The notes below the pieces were generated by a model, which saw nothing but the letters and a program-made list of their open reading frames with translations, searched no databases and was not told the DNA's origin. Below are positions 19,434 to 29,565 of a stretch of DNA of 64,000 nucleotides, in pieces. The position numbers and the translations under genes were made by a program. Origin of the DNA: Planctomycetota bacterium (lineage in GTDB: Bacteria; Planctomycetota; UBA8108; SXIK01); contig OZ244999.1 of assembly GCA_965223265.1 (NCBI GenBank), positions 288,001 to 352,000 on the forward strand, given 5' to 3'. Each line of letters starts with the position of its first letter. Positions within the stretch are counted from its first letter, which is position 1.

Positions 19434-19446
19434 GATGCAGCACTTG

Positions 19447-20541
19447 TTACCGCTTTGATTGATTAGGAGGAGACTTTTTCTCTTTCTTGAGAATGGCTGC
19501 TGCGCTCTTTCTTACTTTGCGCATCTCGTCCTTACCGAAGAATCTCCGGAGAGTGTCGTCGTCAGCATTCGACAGGTCTTCCAGTGATTTGATTCCCGAA
19601 TTTCGAAGCTCGATGCCGCGAATGATGTCGATACCCTCGATTCGGCCCAATGGACCCTCCGCCGGTGGGAGTTTGGTGACACGGGGTTCTGACGAGGCGT
19701 CGGAGGTGCGCCCCTCAGCTGAATCAGTTGATGAAGCGTCCGAGTCGGTCGCTGGTGGCTGTGGTACGTCTATGGCAGGTCCTGACGGCAACGTCGGAGT
19801 CGGCTGACTGGTTGAGAGATCGCTCTTCAAGGAGAGCATCTCCTCTCGAAGTACGTTCGACATGCTCCGAATCGCTGTGTGGGCTTCACGCATGTTTTCC
19901 AGTTTCAGATCTACGAGTTCAGCCGTGTGGAGGACCGAGTCGCGAACCGACTTGCCGAGGAGAGCGCGGTCGATGACACCATGCACACACGGGACGACCA
20001 GCTTCACGTCTCTCTTCGTTCCTTTTTCCGCAACGACGCCGTCGATCTGCTCCTGGTGCACCATCGTGTCCGCATCGAGGAGGACTCGAAAGCTAAGGAG
20101 TCCTTTCTGTTCGTTGATCAGTGCGATGTCGTCCACGTTGAATCGGAAAACGAAGTTTCCTACGTCGTCGGACGTGGTCTCACTCACGGACAAATGCGAA
20201 TCGCTATGAGTCGCTACTTCGATGCGGACTCCCGGAAGGCCGACTTCGTCCTTTTCATCGATGGTCCTGCCGGCGATCACGAACGCATCCGCCACCTCAA
20301 CACAACGATTAGCTCCAAGCGAGTCTCGAGCCTTGCTCGCAGCCTGCTGCTCTGTAGCCATGAGGTCCAGCTCCTTCTGTAGGTCACCGTCGACCTCATT
20401 GCGGAGGCTTTCCCACTTCTCTGCTAGCTCTTCGATCTGGCCGACGGCCATCTCGTTTCTTTCGCGAGTTCGATCTATCAACGCCAGGACGCGTTGGCAC
20501 ACCGAATCTTCGGCAAGCTTTGATTGATCTTGTTGAACCAT
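19447..20541 (-). CDS. eCIS-associated hypothetical protein (coiled coil, beta-sandwich, Pro/Ser linker, HhH-like C-terminus)
   Basis: IAGRTID..GLPGVRIEV..TSDDVGNF; C-terminal RIEGIDIIRGIELRNSGIKSLEDL. Confidence 0.65.
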   Translation of the reverse strand: MVQQDQSKLAEDSVCQRVLALIDRTRERNEMAVGQIEELAEKWESLRNEVDGDLQKELDLMATEQQAASKARDSLGANRCVEVADAFVIAGRTIDEKDEVGLPGVRIEVATHSDSHLSVSETTSDDVGNFVFRFNVDDIALINEQKGLLSFRVLLDADTMVHQEQIDGVVAEKGTKRDVKLVVPCVHGVIDRALLGKSVRDSVLHTAELVDLKLENMREAHTAIRSMSNVLREEMLSLKSDLSTSQPTPTLPSGPAIDVPQPPATDSDASSTDSAEGRTSDASSEPRVTKLPPAEGPLGRIEGIDIIRGIELRNSGIKSLEDLSNADDDTLRRFFGKDEMRKVRKSAAAILKKEKKSPPNQSKR

Positions 20542-20558
20542 GTTTCGACCTTGCTCGT

Positions 20559-23500
20559 TCAGAATGGCACTGAATCAGGTATGTTCGCAGTGGCTCGAAT
20601 CGAGTTGTTCAGCACCCGATACTGCACAGCTCTCTGACTATGATTTCCGACCACGATCAGGTCGCGACCGACGAGGCGAGCCCAATAGTCGAAGACGTTT
20701 CCAGAGACGTTCGCCACAAGAGCTCGATTGCCCTCTTTCGCCAGTTCTTCTTCCGTCCAGGACATTCCAGCGGTGGTCTGCGCGATCGCGACGTAGCCGC
20801 GTACCACACGATTGTCAGAGAACTGCACAACAGGGCGGTCTTTGTGTGGGTCGTGAATCAAGAAACCTTGACTCAGGATCCGCAAGAACTCGGGATTGAA
20901 TAGAACGCTGAAGCTCGACGTCTCCTCAGACGTCTTGGCTGCGAAGAGCTGTCCTAAAATGCCAGCGTCCACCTTCAACGAGTTGTAGTAAGTGGGAATG
21001 TGGGGAATCTCCAACACACCCGCAGCTCGCAGACCGAAAGCCGCAAAAGGATCCGCGCCAATCATGACGGACCCCTCGAACCGATTGCCGAGGACTGCGA
21101 GATTGCCAGCGACAAGTCCAGGAATCGAAAGTGCGAACGGGGTGAATCTCTGTCCGCCAGTCGAGGGTTGCCCTGTTGCTCTTAACGTGTTTCCTTCGAT
21201 GCGAGCATCTCCCCCCGAGGTTCCGCCGAGTGATCGCATCACTAGGCTCTCTCGGCCGACCAAGACTTCATTCCCCCGCATCTCGCCAGATTGGGAGTGG
21301 ATCAGAACGCCGCCGGCAAGATTTGGGTGTGTGCTCCAGATGCGATTGTCGATGACGCGATTGTCGAAGCCGCGAAGATTGACAACAAACCCTTCACGGA
21401 CCACGGCTGTGAAGATGAATCCTTCGTTGGCCAAAGGGACGAGTGTGTTGTAAGCCTGCACGTCAGCGAGAGTCTTCATGACGTAGAGTCGATCCGACGT
21501 TGCGTCCCCCGAGTTTGGCGGACTTTTTGAATGGACTTTTTCTTCTATCGACGTGCTAAGAGTTACGTGATCGATCGATGTGGGGTCTTTTTCGATCGAG
21601 TTCCTTGCCTCAGAAAAATAGATTCGCATACCTGGGATGTCGTTGGCTTCGTTCGATCTCGCGAGTGAGTTCGACCCGAAGACACCCGTTGCGAAGATGT
21701 CCGTGCTGACCTTCCAATCGGCAATGATGAAGTTCGGCTGTGATACTCGAATGTCGTTCGCTTCAACTCGCACCGCACCGATGGTTGCACGAACCGCTGT
21801 GCCAAAGATTTCGAAACGATTCTTTTCTACAAGTCGAACTTTTGTGTCTACTTGGTCACGCAACACAAAGACTCTGTCCTCCGGTTCGATGAGAATCGCG
21901 GCGAATTGACAGTTCGCGAAAGCGTTTTCGACGATGCGAAAGTCCTCGATGAGCTTCGTTCCAGACCATTCAATCCCGATTTGCGTTGCGTCAAATTCGT
22001 TGCCACGCACAAGTGTCCGTTCTGTATTCCCCAAAGAGAAGAATGAGCTCGCCATCATCGAGTAGTGTGCACGTCGCTCTTCTGTTCCTAAACTCGCGTC
22101 AGAGAAAGAGCGGGCAGATTCTACGGGCGTGGAATCGCTTTTTCCGGCCAGGAGTGCCGAGTAGTGCGTTGCCGTTTCCTTGACGCCGAACGCGTCCGAC
22201 GTGAAGACGATACCCTTCTCAACACCGCGAAACGCGTTTTCGACGATGCGGCAGTCGATGGAGTCGATGATGAAGCGCAATCCGATCTGTGGTGAGGTAT
22301 GTGTGCGACTGCGGCCTACCGAACGTTCGCCGATCTTGTTTCTCGCGAAGAGAAGGTCGCGCACGAGTCCAAACGTGCACCCGAAGACGGAAGTCCGGAA
22401 TCGGTTCGCAGAATGTCACAACCTTCAACGATCTCAGCGCTCACTCCGGTGCCACCTCGAACGTGGTTGTGAAGAAAAGTTACGTCGAGGAGCGACGAAG
22501 ACCGTAGCGCGATATATCGCGGACTTTCCGTCTGTTTCGCGTCGATAAAGAATCGTAGATCTCCGTAAATGGCGCGCCGAACTCCCGGATCGTTTGCCAA
22601 CAGTGCGAGTTTTGTCATGTCGCGATCAATCTGATCCGCGTCCTGTTCGGCGATTCCAAGAAAGAGGTTTTCCTCTAGTCGAACGTCGAGTAGATCGGAG
22701 ACGTCGACTCCCTGACGAGTTCCGAGGCAGATGTTTTCCCGAAACTGACTCTGTACCAGGCGATGTCCGGAGAGCACCGTCGCACCGGCAAACAGGTTGC
22801 CGTCGACGCGCCAATGACGCGCCTCGAGACCGGCTGTGAGGATGTGAGGGATCGCGTGTCGATAGGTCGAGTAGACAAACATTCGCTCAATGGTGAGCTC
22901 GACTGCATTGGTCGTCGACCACACAGCCGTTTCGGTGAGGTTCAGGACTGCGAAGGATCGAAAGCTGATATTCCTGACGTCGTTGAGAACGAACGTCGCT
23001 GACCCTTCAAAAACATCTCGCGTCAAAATCCGGCTCGCGAGACCGAATCCTTCCAAGCGAATGTTTGAGGAGCCGGAGAAGTCAAGTGGTTCGGTCAGAA
23101 TGTGGTCTCCGGGAAGAAGGCAGAGACAACCACCTCCCGCCCGGCGGAGTCGCCGCAGTGCTCGCGCTAAGCTCTCGCCTGGTGCCACGTGAATGCAACA
23201 CCCCTGAAGATCTGTCAGTGGCGGGAAAACCTTGCGGCAGTCGATGATCTGTTCGCGTGCGAGGTCTCTCTCTTCGTTCCAATGGAGCTCGGCGAGAGCG
23301 ACGCGATGGCGGCGAACGCCCTCGGGCGGAGCGTCGTCGAGAAGGATGTCCGACGCGTGACCGACGTCTCCGGCGCGCACCGAAAAGGTCCAGTAGTCCC
23401 CGGGCACATAGTTCGCACCGGCGGGTAGGTCGAACCGTAGCTGAATCCCGTCGCGGAGATCTGCCAGACCCGATGCAAACTCTGAGACGCGTTCGATCCC

Positions 23501-24517
23501 GTTCCATAGCCTGAAGAACACGTCCCGCCCTAGTGGCAATGTTCCGAAGCGTTTGGTGCTCATCTCCAGCTTGCTGTCCGCGGTGAGCGTCGCAGGCGCG
23601 CCAGCAGTCACGATCCACTGCTCCGCGAGCGCATCGTCGTCCTGTGAGCGTGATGGCCGGGGCTCTAAAACCTCCAGGTAGAACGTCTCGATTCCCGAGC
23701 GTAAGATGGCTTCGCGATTGGCGATAAGATTGCAAAAGACGTCGCTTCCTACCTTCTCGAACTCCCCGCGTCCGACGAGCCCTCCGTTGTATGCGCTCCA
23801 ATTGAAATGGGGCGTGGCGTCATCTACGTGGGCGATCTCGATTCGAAAGAGATTGTGCTCGAACCCGGTATAGCCACCACCGATGGTGACAGGGCACGGA
23901 CCGTTTTGAGTTTGGGTTGGCTCCAAGGTTGCGGTTAGGCGTCCGCGTTGAGACTCCAAGTCATCCTGGATGCGGCTAACGACGTCGATGCAGTCTTCGC
24001 CATCTTCGAGACGCACGAGCGCGAGGCGAAACGCCGTGAAGAGTCTCTCGCTCGTATCTGGGCCGCCGAGTGCAGGTTCGATCAGGCGCGAAGGCACTTG
24101 AAAACCGTTAACGGCCTCCCTCCAGACTTCGAGCACGACTGCGTCTCGATCACCTGGTGATGGAGACGTGGCGTCCGAGCGTCCAACCGGTAGCGATAGA
24201 TACGGGGCTGCGCGTTCCTCGGTTCCACGGAGGTGGACGAAGAGCCCATCGGCCCAGCCCTGCCCTTCTTCGAGCGCGAGGCGGACGTCGCCGCCGACGG
24301 CGCGAGCGCGATGAACGCGGAACCCGTTCGGCTCGTGAGCAGGCACGGCCAAGACTCTCGAGCCAAAGGCCGTCCTCCCCGTCTCATCTTGCCAGCGATT
24401 GACGAGGAGTGTGTGGTGATTGGTATCGGCGTCCAAAAGCACGCGGCCCTGCTGATGCAGAATGCCGCTGAAGTTTGTCTGTAGATCAAAAGACCATTCG
24501 GAGAAGTCGCCGTGCAT
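20559..24517 (-). pseudogene. DUF6519 / beta-helix tail-fibre-like gene split by a 1-nt frameshift near 22407 (or a sequencing error)
   Basis: N-terminal MHGDFS..FSGILHQQGRVLLDAD, GGYTGFEHNLFRIEI, PGDYWTF; beta-helix repeats continue across the shift as GCDIL-x-NRFRTSVFGCTFGLVRDLLFARNKIG; the joined product is about 1319 aa. Confidence 0.8.
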
Positions 24518-24527
24518 CTGTGTTTCC

Positions 24528-26825
24528 TCAAGTCACGGGCACAAGGAGGTGTCGTACTCCGACGGGCATGAACTCTCGGAAGCGGATCGTTAGGTTGCGA
24601 TAGCTATGCGATTGAAGGAGGAATCCGAACGCTCCCATCGCGTCGTCATCGGGTCCGCGTTCACGAATACGAAAGTCGGTTGTCCGGGCGAGCTGCCCGT
24701 ACGCTGGATTCAAGAAACGCTCGCTCACAAACCGTAGGTGAACGTTGCGATCTCGCGTCACGCACGCATGGTTCTGCGGTAGCCTGTTGTTATTTCCAGA
24801 AAACGTGCTGAACTTGATGCAGCCCCATTGATTGTCATGGACTTCGAGTGCATGGACGAAGATCCCACCACTGCCGGAGAGTCGATGGGCTCGCACGCGT
24901 CCGAAGAACGTGACGCCCTGAACATGTGTCTCTGCTGACCAGGATGAATCTTCGGGATCCACGGCGCCCGCCAGAGCGAACTTCGCGTCGGAATGGTTAA
25001 CGCTGACACCACTCCCGCCGTCAACAATCGATTCGCGTATGTCGATCTTATAGCTTCGTTCGAGTCGAAGAGATCCGGTGATCGAGCGCCGTATGCGAAT
25101 CTCGGGAGTCTGATCGAAAGCGATTTCTTCGTCAGGGTCGGTGAATCCGTAACTCTCGTGCAGCCGCAGCGCTAGCGAGCTGTCAGCGGGGCTGCCATCG
25201 AGGTTCTCGTACCCTCCAGGGTCGAGAGTTGTACCGTCGAGTTCGAGGGCGTGGACAGCGACTCGAGCGATCAAAGGAACGGTTGACGGAAGCGCTACGT
25301 CACGTGTGACGAAGAGACCTTCGAGTTTCACGGTCTGCGATGCGTTTTCCGCAACCGACGGTCGAAACCTTAGGGGCTTCGTGAGACGCAGAATCGGGCG
25401 CTCATTGTCCGCCGCGCGAATGGTGAGCGAGTGGGTCAGCGCAAGATTCGGGCCGCCGTCCTCGTCCACGGTTCCTGAGACGGCTGCAAGGTCAAGTTCA
25501 TGGACCAGGCTATCTGTAATCTCGACGACTCGTTGCCCCGTTGCCGTCGCCAGATCTGCCAAAGCCTCCGCGACGCTATTGTGACTTCCCGGGACGCGGC
25601 GTACGTCTGCGTCTTCAGGATTCGGTGGGCGCGATAGTGGGTGAGCGCCGACCTCGCCGACTGCGCCGTAGGTATAGCTGATTCTCAAGTGCGATATGAG
25701 TGCGTCGCGCTGCACCGCTGAATCGACACCGATCGCGAGGCGGCCATGATCGGGGTCGATCGCGACTTCCAGAGCCTTCAACGGTTGACCGAGCCCATCC
25801 TGCCAGGCACAAAGGTTCGCTCCACGAAAAGTCCAAGCCGAGGCGTCGAATGGCTGAAACTCGGATTCTGGGACGTGGAGATGGAGACCGACGTCGCCAC
25901 GAAGGTTGCCATCCTCCTCGTCGATGACAGGGGCGCCCGTTGGGTCGTACGTGTCGATGCGAATGTAAGCCTCCGGGTTTCCCGCCGGCGACCCTGTCGT
26001 CAATCGTGCCCTCGGCATAGGCCCTGGTGATCGGTCAATTGCCGCCAGGTTGCCGAGTGAGTCGCGGTTTCGCCCGGCACGGTTGAAGAGGCGTAAAGGG
26101 CGCCCAAGCGGATCGACATCGAAGCGGGCGACGAACGCCGCCGCTCCGGCTTCCGAAACTTCAACGGAGCCACGTTCGACCGGACGCGCCGCACGCACCT
26201 TGTATGCTTCGAGGCGCCAGAGAAAAATCGCCAGATTGGGGATGTTGTAACGAAGCGCGCCTTCGACTGGTGTACGCACGTCCGCGAAGTGTGCGTACGG
26301 ATCGAATGGCGAGCCGATCAGCGCCATTGTTGCGGGGTCGCGGACGGTCGCTGTGCCGCCACGTGGAACCGTGAAGCGATCTACGTCTTCCTGAGCGAGG
26401 GGAGGATTCCCGCCGGCGTCCGGCCTCTGGTGGTTCAGGTGCTGCGCCCACACGACGTTTTTGCGCAGCTCGACGGCGTGGGTATGCCATTGCGTGAGGT
26501 TGGAGGTCAGTTCCTCGATCGCGGAAAGCGTTCCCTTGCGCCGGCGGAGTTTTATTGTGTCAGCGACGTCGCGGCGAAGAGTGGCAGCTTGACCACTGAG
26601 GTGTGAAGAACCGACGAGATCGGCAAGATACGGGATGACCCAGTCGTCGCACGTTTCTATGAAAAAGTCGTGGTAGAGCCCTTCGATGTTGGCGTGAACT
26701 TCAGACCACACCTCCTCGATGATGGAGAGGTACGCTGCCAGTGGCTTTGGTCCGGTCTCTTCTGCATCGCGAATGCGGTAGATCTCTGGCAGTCGGTCGT
26801 AGAGAGGGACGCGCTTATCGCTCAT
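24528..26825 (-). CDS. eCIS baseplate wedge protein (phage tail protein I-like N-terminus)
   Basis: MSDKRVPLYDRLPEIYRIRD..FIETCDDWVIPYLADLVG..RRRKGTLSAIE; C-terminal PAYGQL..MGAF..LTIRFREFMPVG. Confidence 0.85.
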   Translation of the reverse strand: MSDKRVPLYDRLPEIYRIRDAEETGPKPLAAYLSIIEEVWSEVHANIEGLYHDFFIETCDDWVIPYLADLVGSSHLSGQAATLRRDVADTIKLRRRKGTLSAIEELTSNLTQWHTHAVELRKNVVWAQHLNHQRPDAGGNPPLAQEDVDRFTVPRGGTATVRDPATMALIGSPFDPYAHFADVRTPVEGALRYNIPNLAIFLWRLEAYKVRAARPVERGSVEVSEAGAAAFVARFDVDPLGRPLRLFNRAGRNRDSLGNLAAIDRSPGPMPRARLTTGSPAGNPEAYIRIDTYDPTGAPVIDEEDGNLRGDVGLHLHVPESEFQPFDASAWTFRGANLCAWQDGLGQPLKALEVAIDPDHGRLAIGVDSAVQRDALISHLRISYTYGAVGEVGAHPLSRPPNPEDADVRRVPGSHNSVAEALADLATATGQRVVEITDSLVHELDLAAVSGTVDEDGGPNLALTHSLTIRAADNERPILRLTKPLRFRPSVAENASQTVKLEGLFVTRDVALPSTVPLIARVAVHALELDGTTLDPGGYENLDGSPADSSLALRLHESYGFTDPDEEIAFDQTPEIRIRRSITGSLRLERSYKIDIRESIVDGGSGVSVNHSDAKFALAGAVDPEDSSWSAETHVQGVTFFGRVRAHRLSGSGGIFVHALEVHDNQWGCIKFSTFSGNNNRLPQNHACVTRDRNVHLRFVSERFLNPAYGQLARTTDFRIRERGPDDDAMGAFGFLLQSHSYRNLTIRFREFMPVGVRHLLVPVT

Positions 26826-29565
26826 CGCCGCACGCTCCTTCGCTTGTGAGCGACGCCACGGAACGCAGCTGCACGACATCGGCGCCAGGGCGCGAATAGA
26901 GCCGCAGCACGTGATCGGGATCTGCGGGTGAGACCTTCTCCGATCGCCCAGTTGTGAATGGCCCGGCAAGAGCCGTTGGGTCGTTTGTCGTGCCCAGCGA
27001 GCCAAAGGCAACGACGCGTGCCCATGAGACGCCCTCGACGTTTTGAAGTCGTCCTTCTATTTGCGTCGCGTAGACCGTCGCACCGAGTCCGAGCTGGCGC
27101 AGAGAAAAGAGTCCGCTCGAGCCATCGATACCTTCTGACTCATAGCCAGTAACGCCTAGTGCTTCGAGAAGAGCGCGGCGAACGTCGTCTTCACGCCGGC
27201 CAGCTTCAATCGAGAATTCGACGTCGACATGAACGTATTCGAATCTCGCCAATCGCACTGCGACAGCAAACCGATCAGCTCCGCGGCAGACACTTGCGGT
27301 CCGCAGAGAATTCTCAATTTTTTTTCGAATTTCCTCGCCCGGGGTGGCCACAAGCGCAGCGACCCTGAGTGTCGGAACGCCGTCAACGATCGCCCAGCGC
27401 GCCCGTGCCAACAACACTCCTGCAAAACTCGCTGTTTCGCGTTCGTAATCTTCGATGCTGACGAGACGATCGAGGCTTTGAACTTTCCCAGGAGCGGCGA
27501 AACGAGCGCTGGCAGCGTCCTCTGAGTCGTCGCCGCCGGAAACGGCACCAATGAGATGAATGGAATCGATCCCCTGACGTCGCGCTTTGGCGCTGACTTT
27601 CGTGCCTTCCTGGAGCTCGCCTCGGGCGCCGTTGCCGGTCCGGTACACTGCAACGACATTACGAATCCCTGACGGTAGACGGGAGCCGGTCTTGCCATCG
27701 CCAAACTGCACGTAGCTCTTTCCCTCCGGGTCCTCACGAACGACGTAGATCTCGTCACCGGGTCCGTGCCCAAAAAAGGATTCGACGCGCCCCCAACTGC
27801 GGCCTTCCACATAGACCGTCAGTGCGGGCACCTGCGGCGGAGTGGCATCCGAGTCGTAGTGGTACGTGAGCGGCGCCTTCGGGAGCGCGAACGTCTGAAA
27901 CGTCGCCTGGGCGTCCCCGTTTCCCAGCACTGCTTCCCTCTCCCCCTTGCCTTGATCTGCTCCGACAAGGTTGCCGAAGATCTCGAACTCTGGACCGTTC
28001 AGGGGAAAGTACTCATATTCGACCTTAACGTTGAGCGTTAGAGTGTGAAAGGCCTCGCGGCCGGAAACAGCGGTGTCATCCACCGCAACATCGGTAACAC
28101 TCGCCACGACTGGATCGTTCCCCGCTCGTTGCCAAGAGATCTGCCTTCCATCGAGCGCGTGCGCCGCTTCCGCGCTACCGAAGTAACGCAGCGTATAGCC
28201 AGAGGAGGGCGCCTCAGTTTCCTTCGCGATCGTTCGGAGCGGTGGACTGATGATCTCATGCACCTGGATCGATCTGATGTCCGCTTTTGCTCCGGCACTG
28301 TCTTCTAGCGCCGCATTGATCTTCAAACGAGTTGAGGCACCGCTGATCGCACCCCATCGCATCGAAGACGCGTTGAGTTTGAGCACGTCGCGGATCATCA
28401 TGAGTGGCCGAAGAACGGGCGGAGACTTTATCGAACCTCGGAATGCGCTCGTGGCATCGATGCTCGATGAAGATTTTGTTGCAGCCGCTAAAGCCTTTTT
28501 CCCTGTCTCTTTGAAGAGTCGTTCGTCGAGCGCGGTAGCGGTCCGTTGACCCACAATCTCCACCGGAACGGACGCAATGAGAGCGATCGCAACCTGACTG
28601 CCGACTGAGAGGTCGTCCACTTCCACGTCCAGCGGGATTTCGTCTGCGGCGATTTCTGGGTCGATATAGGCGCTATGAGTCGTCTTTCCGGACAACTCCC
28701 GTTTGTAGCTAATCACCGAACCGCTCGCCTGGGTGCCGACGAGAGTGACGAGCTGCAGCGGAGCGTTGTGGCCAAAGTGGCGGAACGTGCGACCAATTTT
28801 GAAGGCAACGACCTCCGCAGCAGGTTGCTCAAGAGAAAGCGAACCGCGGAAGGAAACGATCTGTCGGCCATGGACTGTGTGCGCCTGTTCGACGATGACG
28901 ACCTGCGAGTCGAGAAGGTTTTCAACGCCTTCAAGCGTCTGCGAACTCGGCACTCGGCCAACGAGAAGTCGATCTTCGGATGCGAGCTCGACGTCGGTTT
29001 CGATCACAAGCTCGCCCGAGTAACATGGCGCTATGTTGCGCGGTTCAACGGGGCGGTAGAGCGCAAAGCGGCTGAGTGCTGGGTGAACGATCAGACTCTC
29101 GCTGGTTTGGAAGACCGCGGGGAGCTCAGAATCTTCAAGCTGAGCTTCGACAGGGAAGCCAGTTGGCACCGTAATCGGTTCGTCACCGCGTGTTTCGAAA
29201 GCGAAGAGACCGTTCCCACCGAGTCCTGCCGACAACCGGTAGCCGAGCAGGCGAACGAGATCGCTAACGCTTTCGCGCATCGCTGCGGTGCGTAGAAAGG
29301 CTTCGTTGGCATGGACTTCTTGATACAGAGTCAGGATGTCGCCTAGAATCGAAGCGCCTTCCAACAAGGCGATACCAGGGTCGTCCGCGCCGCGGTAGGT
29401 CCACGTTGCCAGCGCGGAACTTTTGTCAAGCGCGTGCAGGAGTGCGGCTCGGAAATCACCGTAGCTGCCGATACGGTACGCGATTTTCGACAACGCTGGG
29501 CGGTTCGTGATGGTCACCGGGAAGCGCAGGGGAAGCGAACAGCGAGCGTCTTCGAGTCTTTTCAT
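26815..29565 (-). CDS. eCIS baseplate J-like assembly protein
   Basis: NRPALSKIAYRIGSYGDF, DDPGIALL, ANEAFLRTA, VQFGDGKTGSRLPSG, RLVSIEDYE. Confidence 0.9.
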   Translation of the reverse strand: MKRLEDARCSLPLRFPVTITNRPALSKIAYRIGSYGDFRAALLHALDKSSALATWTYRGADDPGIALLEGASILGDILTLYQEVHANEAFLRTAAMRESVSDLVRLLGYRLSAGLGGNGLFAFETRGDEPITVPTGFPVEAQLEDSELPAVFQTSESLIVHPALSRFALYRPVEPRNIAPCYSGELVIETDVELASEDRLLVGRVPSSQTLEGVENLLDSQVVIVEQAHTVHGRQIVSFRGSLSLEQPAAEVVAFKIGRTFRHFGHNAPLQLVTLVGTQASGSVISYKRELSGKTTHSAYIDPEIAADEIPLDVEVDDLSVGSQVAIALIASVPVEIVGQRTATALDERLFKETGKKALAAATKSSSSIDATSAFRGSIKSPPVLRPLMMIRDVLKLNASSMRWGAISGASTRLKINAALEDSAGAKADIRSIQVHEIISPPLRTIAKETEAPSSGYTLRYFGSAEAAHALDGRQISWQRAGNDPVVASVTDVAVDDTAVSGREAFHTLTLNVKVEYEYFPLNGPEFEIFGNLVGADQGKGEREAVLGNGDAQATFQTFALPKAPLTYHYDSDATPPQVPALTVYVEGRSWGRVESFFGHGPGDEIYVVREDPEGKSYVQFGDGKTGSRLPSGIRNVVAVYRTGNGARGELQEGTKVSAKARRQGIDSIHLIGAVSGGDDSEDAASARFAAPGKVQSLDRLVSIEDYERETASFAGVLLARARWAIVDGVPTLRVAALVATPGEEIRKKIENSLRTASVCRGADRFAVAVRLARFEYVHVDVEFSIEAGRREDDVRRALLEALGVTGYESEGIDGSSGLFSLRQLGLGATVYATQIEGRLQNVEGVSWARVVAFGSLGTTNDPTALAGPFTTGRSEKVSPADPDHVLRLYSRPGADVVQLRSVASLTSEGACGDER

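Noticed and set aside
27318-27325. A8 tract in the baseplate gene as a phase-variation switch
   Set aside because: In frame (RKKI), short, and no evidence of variation from a single sequence.
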